From positions 29,028,464 to 29,092,463 of the forward strand of contig NC_043011.1 in NCBI RefSeq assembly GCF_006345805.1: a stretch of 64,000 nt of DNA, written 5' to 3'. The translations under genes were made by a program, and so were the position numbers. Positions 39,493 to 50,960 of this stretch are shown here, piece after piece. This stretch comes from Octopus sinensis (Eukaryota). Each line of letters opens with the position of its first letter. The first letter of the stretch is position 1. The notes under the pieces are model-generated. The model ran no database searches and was not told the origin of the DNA. It saw only the letters and a program-made list of their open reading frames with translations.

Positions 39493-41182
39493 AACCAGAT
39501 CACTGACGACCCCCAAGGAATGCGCAGAACTCATTGCCGAGTGCTATGCAAACATATTCACTGTTGAAAGTCAAAATGTACCATCTTCACCATCTCTAAC
39601 AGCAAATTCCACAACAACTATGGAATTTACACCTGCAATGCTGCGACGTCACCTTCAAAATAAGCGCAGCTATGCCTCCCCTGGTCTCGATGGAGTTACA
39701 TACCTGCTTCTCAAACGTGGCAGGTACTTCCTTTTACACCAGCTTTCTATTTTCTTCCAGTACTGTCTCAACAATGGTGCTACTCCGGAGCAGTGAAAAA
39801 CTGCCAGTGTCATTCCTCTGTTCAAAAAGGGCGACCGCTCATCACCTGTCAACTATCGCCCAGTCAATCTCACTAGCAGTATTGCAAAACTGATGGAATC
39901 GTGTGTCAGAGAAACACTTTGGAACTTCTGGAGCTCTCACAGTCTCATCCGACCCTCACAATATGGATTTGTCCCTAACTCCAGCTGCAGTGATCTGCTT
40001 GTCGAGTTCCTTGAGGACATTACTCAGATCACTGACAGTGGCTCATGACTGGATGTTTTCTACCTTGACTTTGCTAAGGCTTTCAACTCTGTGCCACACA
40101 AAAGGCCTATGGTGAAACTCTCTGCAATGGGTGTGAGGGATGACCTTTCTAACTGGTTGAAATCCTTCATTCTCAGCCGAAAGGAGGTAGTCACAGTTCT
40201 AGGACAGCATTCTACACCATATGAGATGTCATCGGGTGTACCACAGGGATCTGTCCTTGGTCCCCTCTTGTTTGTGGTATACATTAATGACATAGATGCC
40301 AATTTAAAGAATGCCACAGTATTGAAATATGCAGACGACATCAAGCTGTACCTTGAAATCAAGAGGACAGATCCTGTTGTCTACAGCTCTTTCCTGCAAT
40401 CAGACCTGGACAAAATGCAGCAATGGATCACAGACTAGCAACTGAAACTGGCTGTGGACAAGTGTACCACCATGCATTTTGGGAGAAAAAACCCTGCGTC
40501 CACATACTCCCTCCACAACACTGATATCAAGAAATCCTCTTGCGAGCGTGACCTAGGCATCTCTGTCAGCAGTGAGTTGCGTTGGACAAAGCATATCTCT
40601 AAAATTGTCAAGAAGGCCGAGGGTGTCTTGGCATCACTCAGCAATACTTTTGTTAGCCGCTCTCCAGCCATCTATTTAAAACTGTATACAGCTATGGTAC
40701 GACCACACTTGGAATTCGCATCATCAATTTGGAACCCCTATCTTGCTCAGAACATTGACCTCCTGGAATCTGTCCAGAGACGTGCAACCAAACGCATACC
40801 CTCCATCAGACACCTACCATATTCTGAGCGCCTTGTTTCCCTGGACGGACTTGGTAAACACCCACAAAGTTATCAACCACCTCACCAACAACAACACTGA
40901 ACACCTTTTTGATCTCCATGTGTCTAACACACGTGGACATGCCTACAAAGTCAGAAAACAACACAGCTCCCATGACTTTCGGAAACATTTTTTAACGCTC
41001 AGAGTTGCTGAAGCATGGAATAAACTGCCTGCGTCAGTTGTTGACTGCCATGACACTGCATCCTTTAAGGCCCTCATGCTTTCCGAAATCCGCCGTAACT
41101 ACACCTGATTATATATACACTTTAGATGAGTTGTAGTGCACCTGAGCACTGTACACAATGTTTTATTATTACTATTATTATT
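39493..41182 (+). mobile_element. 5'-truncated CR1-clade LINE (RT), copy 2
   Basis: Near-identical to 34689-36427 and at the same position in the array unit. It shares a TGA at the PEQW codon and has additional private stops and deletions. Confidence 0.93.
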
Positions 41183-41327
41183 AAAACCCTTTTTGGGGAT
41201 AGAAAATCGGGGTGAGTTGGAAGCCTCGGAAATTTTAACCACTCTCATTTCACAGAAAAAATTTTCCAAAGTGAATTATATGGTTCGTCATTGAATAGAG
41301 TAGAGAACGTGATATTATATATATATA

Positions 41328-41703
41328 CTAGCAGTATCGCCCGGCGTTGCTCGGGTTTGTAAGGGAAATAACTATATAACCAATTTTAGAGAGTTATAGC
41401 AAAAAAATGCATTAAAAATGGAAAAAAAACTATGGTAATTTTTTTTTTAAATCGTTGACTCATCGTAGACATTTTTAGAGAGTTACTTCCCTTATATAAT
41501 AGCGAAAAAATGCATTAAAATGGAAAAAAATGATGGTAAATTTTTTTTTAAATAGAAGACGCGCGCTAATACCCAGAAGGGCTCGATATGAATCACGACT
41601 ATAAGATACCCGGTTTTGGTTAAACTGCACCGCAAAATGTGGGAGTAGTTAGGAATCTAAATCGTAGGAGACAGACACACAACTTCACTTTTATATATAA
41701 AGA
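41328..41703 (-). mobile_element. Complete non-autonomous Helitron (376 bp)
   Basis: Minus strand A|TCTTTATATATAAAAG...CCCGAGCAACGCCGGG CGATACTG CTAG|T: 5'-TC, 3' hairpin plus CTAG, inserted in AT, no TSD. Confidence 0.85.
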
Positions 41704-43255
41704 TATATTTTCAACCATAACTTTTAGCAATTTTGATGTATTTTGTTCAAACTCGATGCCAGCATTTCTTAGGACTCGTAGGATCTTTGATTGCTTTAAG
41801 TTCTTCGGAAAAAAATATCGATAAACTGATTCCTTATGGGATTTCCCAATCAGATTGTCTGAAACCCACTTTCAGCCAAACGTTTACCAATTTCAACGGA
41901 TTTCGCTCAAATTTGACGTCAGCGTTACTTAGTTTGGCTTGAAACAAAGTGCTCGAATAGCTTAATAATCGTAACTTAATCCTGGCAACGCCGGGCTATA
42001 CTGCTAGTGTGCGTGTATTTTTAGTGGAAAAGGTGTGAGATTTGGTGTTGATTCTAGCACACCACCGAAGACCACTCCCCCGAAAGTAACACTCATGTGG
42101 TCTATTGGTGGGATATAAGCAACAACAAGAAGAAGCAAAAGATGGTAATTAAAATAATTTATCCCCCATCTCAATGTGTGTGTGTAAGGAAAAACTTTTT
42201 CTAATAGAAAAGTATATTGTTAAAACGAATTATCTTTTACATACCACTTTTTTGAAATCACTGTTTATAAGTGCCCGTAATGACCTTCCCAGGCTCTAAA
42301 ATATTTTGTATTACGAAGAGAAACAATCGAGGCCAGGCAGTGGGATTGAAAAAAAAATCATAAATTAAAAAAGAAGTTTTTATTGCGTAAATGTGTTTAT
42401 GGAGTGAAAAATATTGAAATACATTCATACATTCTTTAGTGAGAAAGAAACAACGAGGGTTGTCATAGGATGTGCTAGAAACAACAGCCAAATCACCCTT
42501 AAATCACACACACACTTTTTCTTCTGAGAATATTTACAATTTTTTTTCTACTGGAAAGTCCGATCGGGATCTTTTCTTTTTGAAGGCGATCCCAGATTTT
42601 TTCTTTTACGTAATGTTTTCTTGAATGTATGTCTATATTTCAACGAAACACCGGCATCAAACAACCGGTCGTACATACAGTGGACTGTGTTTAGCCCCTT
42701 GTGGGTAGTAATGAAATAGGTATCTATACAGATATCGTATACGTGCTTGCGTGCGTGCGTGCGAATGTTTGTGTGTGTGTGTGTATGCTCTACTTGTTCC
42801 CCACCAACGCTTGACAACCGGCCCTGGTTAGTTTTCATCTTTGTAAAAGAAATAGAAATCATTGTGTGTAATTTGGGGAAGATTTTGCTGTTATATCTAG
42901 CATGTCTAACGATCATGTAAGATATTCTTTTGTTGGCTCGTTTTGTGTAGTAAATGTATTACAGTAAATATTTTTACTGGTAAACTTTCAAATAAAACTG
43001 GAATTGTCTCCCTTGTTTATTTACCGTTACTGTTGGATTAAACAAGGCTATAATTTCTAAATTTTATATTTCAAAAAATTAAAGCATTATTTTACTAAAC
43101 CATTGAATTAGAAATAATGAGTTGTAGTAGTTGAGTTATAATATATATAATGAAATTTGCTGAAAAATTAATATTTCAAGGTAATATTAGAGGCAATATC
43201 AGTGAAGTTACAATGCAAATATCGTATATATGAGATTTGTGAACGCCGAAAAAAT

Positions 43256-43418
43256 ATACTTACCTGGCACAGGAGTAAACCATGATCATCTAGGTGGTTC
43301 TCCCAAAGTGAGGCCTTTCCATTGCACTCCGGTTGGGTTGACCTTTGCGATCGCCCCAAATGTGGGCGACTCGGGTGCGCTATTTCTAAGTGTGGGGTCT
43401 GCGTTCGCGCTCACCCCG
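43256..43418 (+). ncRNA. U1: U1 snRNA gene, copy 6 (array type)
   Basis: As copy 2, with one substitution in SL2 (ggcctttcc). Confidence 0.96.
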
Positions 43419-46400
43419 TCATATAATCGAAAAACAGACAAAATTAAGAAGGATTCTCCCGCAAATCAAATAAAGAATAGCTGCTCTCGGTCTACAGCTA
43501 TTGTACACAAACATTGTTTTTTGTTAAATCCATTTGCACTTATTTTCCTACAGCCTTTCAACGGTCGTTGGCGCCCCCCCTATCCCCTTATCATATGAGA
43601 ACCACTGAGTTAACGTACAAAACACTCGCAATAATATTTTGAACTGAGCACTAAAAGTTGCTTGTTGTGTGAATGGTTTCGTGTTTTCACTTGTGTTACA
43701 CTGTCTTGTTTCTATAAACTAGTGGAGGGAAACTTTTTCTGTCCACTGACAACCGGGGGGGGGGGGGGCTTTTTTGTTTACATAACCGTTAATTAGCGGT
43801 TTGGGAAAATAGACTTAAAAACGATAGGTACTGGGGTTGATTTATTCAATTAAAATCTTTAAGGCAGTGCCCCAGCATGGCTGCAGTCCAATGACTGAAA
43901 CTAGAAAAACAAAAGATTTTTGTTTTTGGCAATATCGTTCATGAACTGGTGATTGTCAAACACTCACACACCTTCGGCCACTGCGTGGCACCTTGGGCAA
44001 GTGTCTTCTGCTGCCTTACGACTGGATTCAATAAATGGAAACTTAAAGAAGCCCTTCATATATATATACATGCACATATAGATGTAACGACAGATTTGTA
44101 CCCCAGCCCCCACTGACTTTGTTGCCTCATACCTACCATCATTTCTTCTCAATATTCAAGCCAGTTATAAACTAGGCGGAAAGATAAAAAGAATGAGATG
44201 AGATTACTTCGATTAAAATTTATCTTCAAAACAAAGCCGGCCTTCATCATCATTGTTTAACGTCCGCTTTCCATGCTAGCATGGGTTGGACGGTTCAACT
44301 GGGGTCTAGGAAGCCAGGAGGGCTGCATTAGGCCCAGTCTGATCTGGCAGTGTTTCTACAGCTGGATGCCCTTCCTAATGCCAACCACTCCATGAGTGCA
44401 GTAGGTGCCTTTTATGTGCTTTTTACATGCCACTGGCACGGAGGCCAGTCAGGGCGGCACTGGCAACGGCCACGTTCGGATGGTTCTTATACGTGCCAGC
44501 AGCACTGCTATCACAACTACAATTTCCATTGATTTTTGAGCAATTTCGATTCTGATTTCACTTGCCTCAACAGGTCTTCGCAAGCAGAGTTTTGTGTCCC
44601 AAGGAGGAAAGTTATGCATAAGTGGGCTGGCTACATCCTGAAATTCCAAGATCACCTTGATGGTGCATACACCAAGCTCCTGATGATGGCTCAAAAAATA
44701 TCATGGCATGAGCCCAAAACCAAAGAGAAAATTTATGGATACATTACACCTATATCTAATATTTTTGCAAAGTAGTCTTTGCTGTCATGCTGAACATCAA
44801 GCTATATTAGATGTTATGTTTGGAGACTTCCACATTCTAATAGAGGATGAAGACTCTTCAACAACAATGATGTTATAGGCTGTGACATACATGAAATTGA
44901 GGACCTGCAAAAAGTAAAGATAATGAGGAGGGGGCAGAGATTCCTTGTGCAGCATATCAGTTGTGGTCACTTGAAGAAGATGAAAGAATTGTGGCAGGTA
45001 TGTGTCTAAGTGGGGAAACATAGCCAGAAGGATGCAATTCTGGAGAAGTAAAAGAAAAAAAAAAGCTTACAGATCCTTGGAAATGAGATAGTATGTGTTG
45101 GCAGGAGATGAATATGAACTGAGAAAAGCTTAATATCAAAGAAGCCTTTATAAAAAGGACAGAATTTAGTTTTTTGAGAAAGAGGAGGTGTAATTTTATT
45201 GGTTGTAGTCTAGATTTCAAATGTAATGGAAACAAATTCATCACAAGGTTTTGGTCTAGCAGAAGACACTCGCCCAAGGTATTACACATGAGATTGAACC
45301 TAAAACCATGTGGTTGAGAAGCAAACTTCTCTACACAACCACATATCATTAATAAACATGATCAGCTATAAAATTCCTGAATTTGAAGAATTATGCAACA
45401 CATAAGTTTATTAAAGTTTGTTTTCCATCAATAGCTAGTGTGATGCAGTGGAATGTAACATGAATTTCAAGATGTTATATAGCTAAAGAATATCTCTTCC
45501 CTTTGACAATAAATTTTTGCCCCTAGAAGGATGTGCAACATTAACAAGCTAAGAAACAAATGAACATTAACAAAACACCTATTAATTAAACAGTGATATG
45601 TAAGGTGGTGAGCTGGCAGAATCGTTAGCACACCAGGCAAAATGCTTAGCAGCATTTCGTCCGTCTTTATGTTCTGAGTTCAAATTCTGCCAAGGTCAAA
45701 TTTGTCTTTCATTCTTTCAACATTGATAAAATAAGTACCAGTTGAACACCGGGGTCAATGTAATTAACTTCATCATCATCATCATCCTTTAATGTTCGTT
45801 TTCCAGGTTCCAGTATCATTTGGCTTGGTTTCTATGGCTGGATACCCTTTCTAATGCCAACCATGTGTGCTGGGTGCTTTTAACATGACACTGGCATAAG
45901 CGCTTTTACATGGCACCGACATGTAGTTGTGTTAGTCAATATTCTGAGTTCAAATCCAACTCATTTCTTTATCATCATTGTCGATGGACCACTCAAAGAG
46001 GTATGTATACATTATCATTTTCGTAACATAATTTCTGTAGTATTTCAAGATGTTTCTGACACGTATTTTGATTCACATGGCGGAGATCCAACATTTCTTC
46101 ACTTTTTCCAGAATTTCTTCTCTTTATTATTTTTTTTTTTTTGCGAAATATGTACAAAAATACGGAGTTTATGATTCATGTGTGAGTGTGTGTTCTTGAT
46201 ACTCGTTTAGAACAAGTAGTTTTACACCAATTACACTATTTTTTCTTAGTTTAAAGGCCGTGGACTGAAGATGTGAAATTTCCGAAGCCTCTCCCCCACC
46301 CCTCTTTCGCGAGTGCGCATTTTTTTTTTCATATTCGTTTAGAGCAAGTTGTTTTACACCTATTACGCTGTTTTTATTTTTGTTTTTGTGCCCGGTTCAG

Positions 46401-46998
46401 ACGCTTTCGGAAATTCCTGATATAAATTACACTATTTTTTTTTTTGTTTTGGTGCCCGGGTCAGCCCCTCAGACGCTTTCGGAACTTCCCGATGTGAATT
46501 TTCCGAGGCCTCTCCCCCACCCCCCTTTCGCGTGCGCGAATTTTTTTTTCATATTCGTTCATAGGAAGTTGTTTTACACCTATTACACACATTTTTTTTT
46601 TGATTTTCTGATAATCGTAACGCCCTATATTAACCTAAAATATTTATAAAAGTCTAAAAAGAAATATTTGGAAATCAGAACAGAGAAAAGATCAACATTG
46701 ACTAAAACTTTACACATGAAAAATTTTTTATTTCTTCCTTTTACAAAACAGAATAAATACATACATAAATACATTTTTTAAAAAAAATCTCAGCAACTGA
46801 TATGTTAAGTCAACAAATACTGAACACAAAAATTCAAATAATTGTTACAGTAAAGCAGATTCTTCATAAGGCATTTGTGTGTATGTCTGTTGTGTGTGTG
46901 TGTGTGTGTAATGTATGTATATACATACATATGTGTGTGTGTGTAAATATATATAAAAAGTTTGTGCGTGTGTGTGTTACTCAAAAGCTTTATTTAAC

Positions 46999-47065
46999 TC
47001 AAGCAACTCCTCCAATCTTCAGAATGTCATTTGCCAGAGATGTAATTGCAATATCTGCTGTAGAG
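46999..47065 (-). CDS. ULK4: ULK4 last coding exon
   Basis: ttcttccag|C TCT...; STADIAITSLANDILKIGGVA* compared with vertebrate ULK4 SFADSAVAPLALEILQAVGH. AATAAA follows the stop. Confidence 0.85.
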
Positions 47066-47389
47066 CTGGAAGAAAAAGATTATACAAGTGAGATTTAAGG
47101 TAGTTTCTTTTTTTTAATCATTTTTATAATTTAAGTTCACCAAATGTCTAGTTTATTGCAACTTCTTGTATTCAACTCTATTTTCCAAATGTCTCATCCT
47201 TCAGTTATGAAAATTTTGAGGGTAAACTGTCACCATTTTATATTTTTAAATTCATGCATGTACATTGTTGTTTTCTGATTTTGTTGGCTACACAGTATAG
47301 TAGGGTCAGTTGGGTACCATCTGTGAGATAAACAGCACCGGAATCTCCAATACAAACGTTTCAGAGTGTTTAGGTATCAATCTGAGGAC

Positions 47390-48000
47390 ATGTATCAAGA
47401 GTGATAAAAATCAAACATGATGGTGATTGGAATGATCACTAGTGATGGTGACATTATGCCTCCATTCATCTTCCCACACGACCTTACACTCAACACGGAG
47501 GCATACATCAAGTGCCTGGAGAGATGTAGTGCTGCCCTAGGTCAAGAGGGTGACTGCTGGAAGACCCCTATGTCTGGCAACAGGACTCTGCACCGTGCCA
47601 CACAACCAGGAGAACCCAGTCATGGTTGTCAGACATATTTTGTGACCACATCACCCTTAACATCTGACTATCTGACTTTCCAGACTGCAACCCCCTTGAT
47701 TATTATGTGTGGGGCGTTGTTGAGTGAGAGACCAAGAAAATTCTTTGTAACACCAAAGATGAACTGAAGACAAGGATTATGGCAGCATTTTACCAATTTA
47801 AATAAGGAGACCATCCAGAAGAGTTGCAAGAGATTCCAAAGTCGTCTGGAGGCTGTGGCTAAAGCCAATGGCAATTTTATTCAATAAATTTACTCCTTAG
47901 TATTTTGAGATATTTTTTATTAAATTTTGGTAAATATGTTAAAATGAGATGTCAGTGTTATTTCATTTTTGCATAATTTAAATGACAGTTTATTTACCAC

Positions 48001-48005
<5 letters not shown>
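47390..48005 (+). mobile_element. Tc1/mariner transposase 3' remnant
   Basis: ITSDGDIMPPFIFP..., WQQDSAPCHT, PDCNPLDYYVWG motifs across frameshifts; ends CACCCT next to (TA)n. Confidence 0.75.
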
Positions 48006-48046
<41 letters not shown>

Positions 48047-49060
48047 ACAACCAACACTATTCATTATTTATCTGTCTACTGTCTAAGATCTCCCCACAGA
48101 GATGACAGGGTACTGAGATGACCTATTCCTCTCAGCAGCATTGAGGCTCTGTCTTCTGGCACCCACTCTTCCCTTAATCTTCTATGTTACCCTATTTTCT
48201 TCATTTCCCCGCCCACTGAACTGATATGCTCTGTGTCCAACTTAGTCCCTATCTCTAATCATCTGTCACACTATCTTCACTCATAGCACTTACCTGCACA
48301 TTTACCTTTTCTGCTCTTCTATCCTACTCTGTTTCATATTCACATTGTACCTGGACCTCACATCTCTTTCTCTCTCTCACTTTCCAGGTGGGCAAGCCAT
48401 GTATTCACCTCTTCAACAAGCCACCTATTCCTCTTCCTCTATCATAATTTCTTATTCCTCCAGTCAGTCTTGTCTTACGAGTACTTGGTGACTTCATCAG
48501 TGCTGGTGCCACATAAAAAGCATGCAGTACATTCTGTTAAGTGGTTCGTATTAGGGAGGGCATCTAGCCATAGAAACAGTGCCAAAGCAGACATAAAATC
48601 TAGCAGAGCTCTCTGTTCCTCAAACTGTCCAACCCATGCCAACATGGAAAAGGGGATGTTAAATGATGGTGATGATATACATCTTAGTTTTAAGAACTGG
48701 CATACCATATCCCTGTTTGTCATACGAAGTGATTAAAACAGTTGATATCAAGGCATCCAGCATCCATAAAACACTGCTTCAAAAACTCCTACCCAAGCCA
48801 TGCCAGCATGGAAAAACAGACATGAAAAGACTTATGATGATATATGTGTGTGAATGTGTCTGTGAAACAGTGCATTTAGTTGTGAAATTTTCTATCTATT
48901 TAGCTATCTGTCAGTCGGTCTGTCTGTCTAAGATCTCGCAGGAATCAATGCAATTATAATAGGATGAAATAAATACATGTAGGGAGGGGAACAATGTGGT
49001 CAAATAAACACCAATAAAGAATAAGAAAATATAATTTAGTTAGAAATGGTTAAAACTTAC

Positions 49061-49149
49061 CTGGCTGTGTGACTGAGTGATTTAATTACATTTAATAACT
49101 CCAATCCATTCCGTTTTAAGGTATTGGTATGGTGTTTTTCGACTGTCAC
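49061..49149 (-). CDS. ULK4: ULK4 coding exon
   Basis: ag|GTG...GCCAG|gtaagt; VTVEKHHTNTLKRNGLELLNVIKSLSHTA; phase 0 to 2. Confidence 0.85.
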
Positions 49150-50316
49150 CTAATAGGAATGAAAGACAGTGAAAACTTTTTGCATAACTCTTTATTCATT
49201 TTTTAAATAACGCTTAAAATTAACTATTTGTACATACTTGCATTGATGTGCAAGCTTGACTGTTTGGTTAATAAGCTTGCTTGCAACCATTTGTTGTTTT
49301 TGGTTTCAGTCCCACTGTGCAGGCTTTGATCATACTCTGCATCGTGGCCGTTTGCCAGCCTGCTCTGGCCCCTGTGCCGGTGGCACGTAAAAAAACACCC
49401 ACTACACTCACAGAGTGGTTGGCGTTAGGAAGGGCATCCAGCTGTAGAAACACTGCCAAATCAGACTAGAGCCTGGTGCAGCCTCCTGGCCTACCAGACC
49501 CCAGTCGAATCGTCCGCTTTGCGAGTGAATTTGGTAAAGGAAAACTGTGTGGAAGTCCATTGTGTGTGTGTGTGTGTGTCTTAGTGTTGTGTTTGTCCCT
49601 CACTTCCACCATGTTCGACAATGTGTTGGTTTGTTTACATTCCTGTAGCTTAGCAGGTTGGCAAATGAGAATGATAAAATAAGTACCAGACTTGAAAACA
49701 AGTACTGGAGTCACTTTGTTCGACTAAACCCTTCAAGGCAGTGCCCTAGTAGAGTTGTAGCGCAATGACTGGAACAAGTAAAAAATAAAAGAAGATAAGT
49801 TCTTGCACTGAAGTATTTTCCTGTATAAGAGAGCTTTACATAGTGATTATAAGTCTAATTTTTGGAGACTAGGGAGATATTTTAAACTGTTAACTGCATC
49901 TATTCCTTCTTATTTATCTCCATTTATCCATGTACACAGACAGGATTTGAACTCATTAGCTTTCGTTTCAAGTAGGGCTCAACACCTTTTCTCACTAAGC
50001 CATGATTCCATAAGATAAACATTTCAAATTCAAAGATTTAAATAGCTTAAGCTGTTTTCTTTCTGTTTTACACTTGTTCCTTCTTGACGGCATGACTGGA
50101 ATGGTTTCAATAAATTTCAATATTTGCATATTTTTGGAACAGTTGTTTCAAAACTAGATGCTCTACCTACCAGTAAACAGTAATATAGGAGCTGAACTTG
50201 TTTCTCAGTCAGACAAGCTGAGCCAATTAAAATTATGTACATTATTCAAGAGCAATAATACAGAAACTTTAAGGATGAGATGAATGTAAAAAATGACAAA
50301 GATAATTACTACTTAC

Positions 50317-50391
50317 AAAACGTTTTATAATTCGTAGAATCAATTTCTGTCTTTTGCTGTCAGCAATTTTCAATGCCTTACAGTAGAACAT
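50317..50391 (-). CDS. ULK4: ULK4 coding exon
   Basis: ag|ATG...TTT|gtaagt; MFYCKALKIADSKRQKLILRIIKRF (compare DPKEQKLLLRILRRM). Confidence 0.88.
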
Positions 50392-50852
50392 CTGGTAGTA
50401 AATCAATAGATTGATGGATAAACAAAGGTTGACATTGATACAAAATCAGACATTTGTTAAAGAGAGGAATAGTCAACTGAAAATAATGCAGTAGTTTGTC
50501 TTTTGGTGAGCTGGCTGGCAGGACCATTAGCATATCAGACAAAATGCCAAGAAGCATTTTTTTCTGACTTGTTATGGTCTAAGTGCAAATGCCACCAAGA
50601 TCAACTTTGCCTTTCATTCCTCTGAGGGAAATAAAATAAGTACCAGTTGAGCATTAGGGTTGATGTAATCAACTGAAATCCCCCCCCCACACACACACAC
50701 ACTTAATATTAGAATAAGTACCAGGCTTAAAGAAAAATAAGTACTGGGGAAGGGGGCAACTCATTAAATTGAAAACCCCATCAGGGCTCTGCCCCAGCAT
50801 GGCCACAGGCCAATGAATGAAACAAGTAAAAGATAAAAAAAAGACTACTTAC

Positions 50853-50960
50853 CATATTTTCATCAGTCAAAGCATCTTGACATTCTCCTCCAAACAACTG
50901 GGCTGTCAATGACAGCAATTTAGTGGCAACTTCCTGGATTTCACAGTCAGCATGACACAT
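50853..50960 (-). CDS. ULK4: ULK4 coding exon
   Basis: ag|ATG...ATG|gtaagt; MCHADCEIQEVATKLLSLTAQLFGGECQDALTDENM (compare EDPEIFDVSSKCLSILVQLYGGENPDSLSPENV). Confidence 0.92.

Larger units (their letters stand above)
27060..43600 (+). repeat. Irregular tandem array of five U1 gene units with shared upstream flank and two types of 3' flank
   Basis: Near-identical 600-700 bp precede U1 copies at 27780, 29349, 34086, 38905 and 43256 (start-to-start spacings 1569, 4737, 4819, 4351). 3' flank type X follows copies 2, 4 and 5; type Y follows copies 3 and 6. Confidence 0.92.

Noticed and set aside
27692-43598. Repeated ORFs such as MRFVNAEKIYLPGTGVNHD... and MGRSQRSTQPECNG...
   Set aside because: These are translations of the U1 genes and their flanks.
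49053-49066. ACTTACCTGGC as another U1 fragment
   Set aside because: It is the reverse complement of a real ULK4 splice donor (GCCAG|GTAAGT); no further U1 similarity follows.
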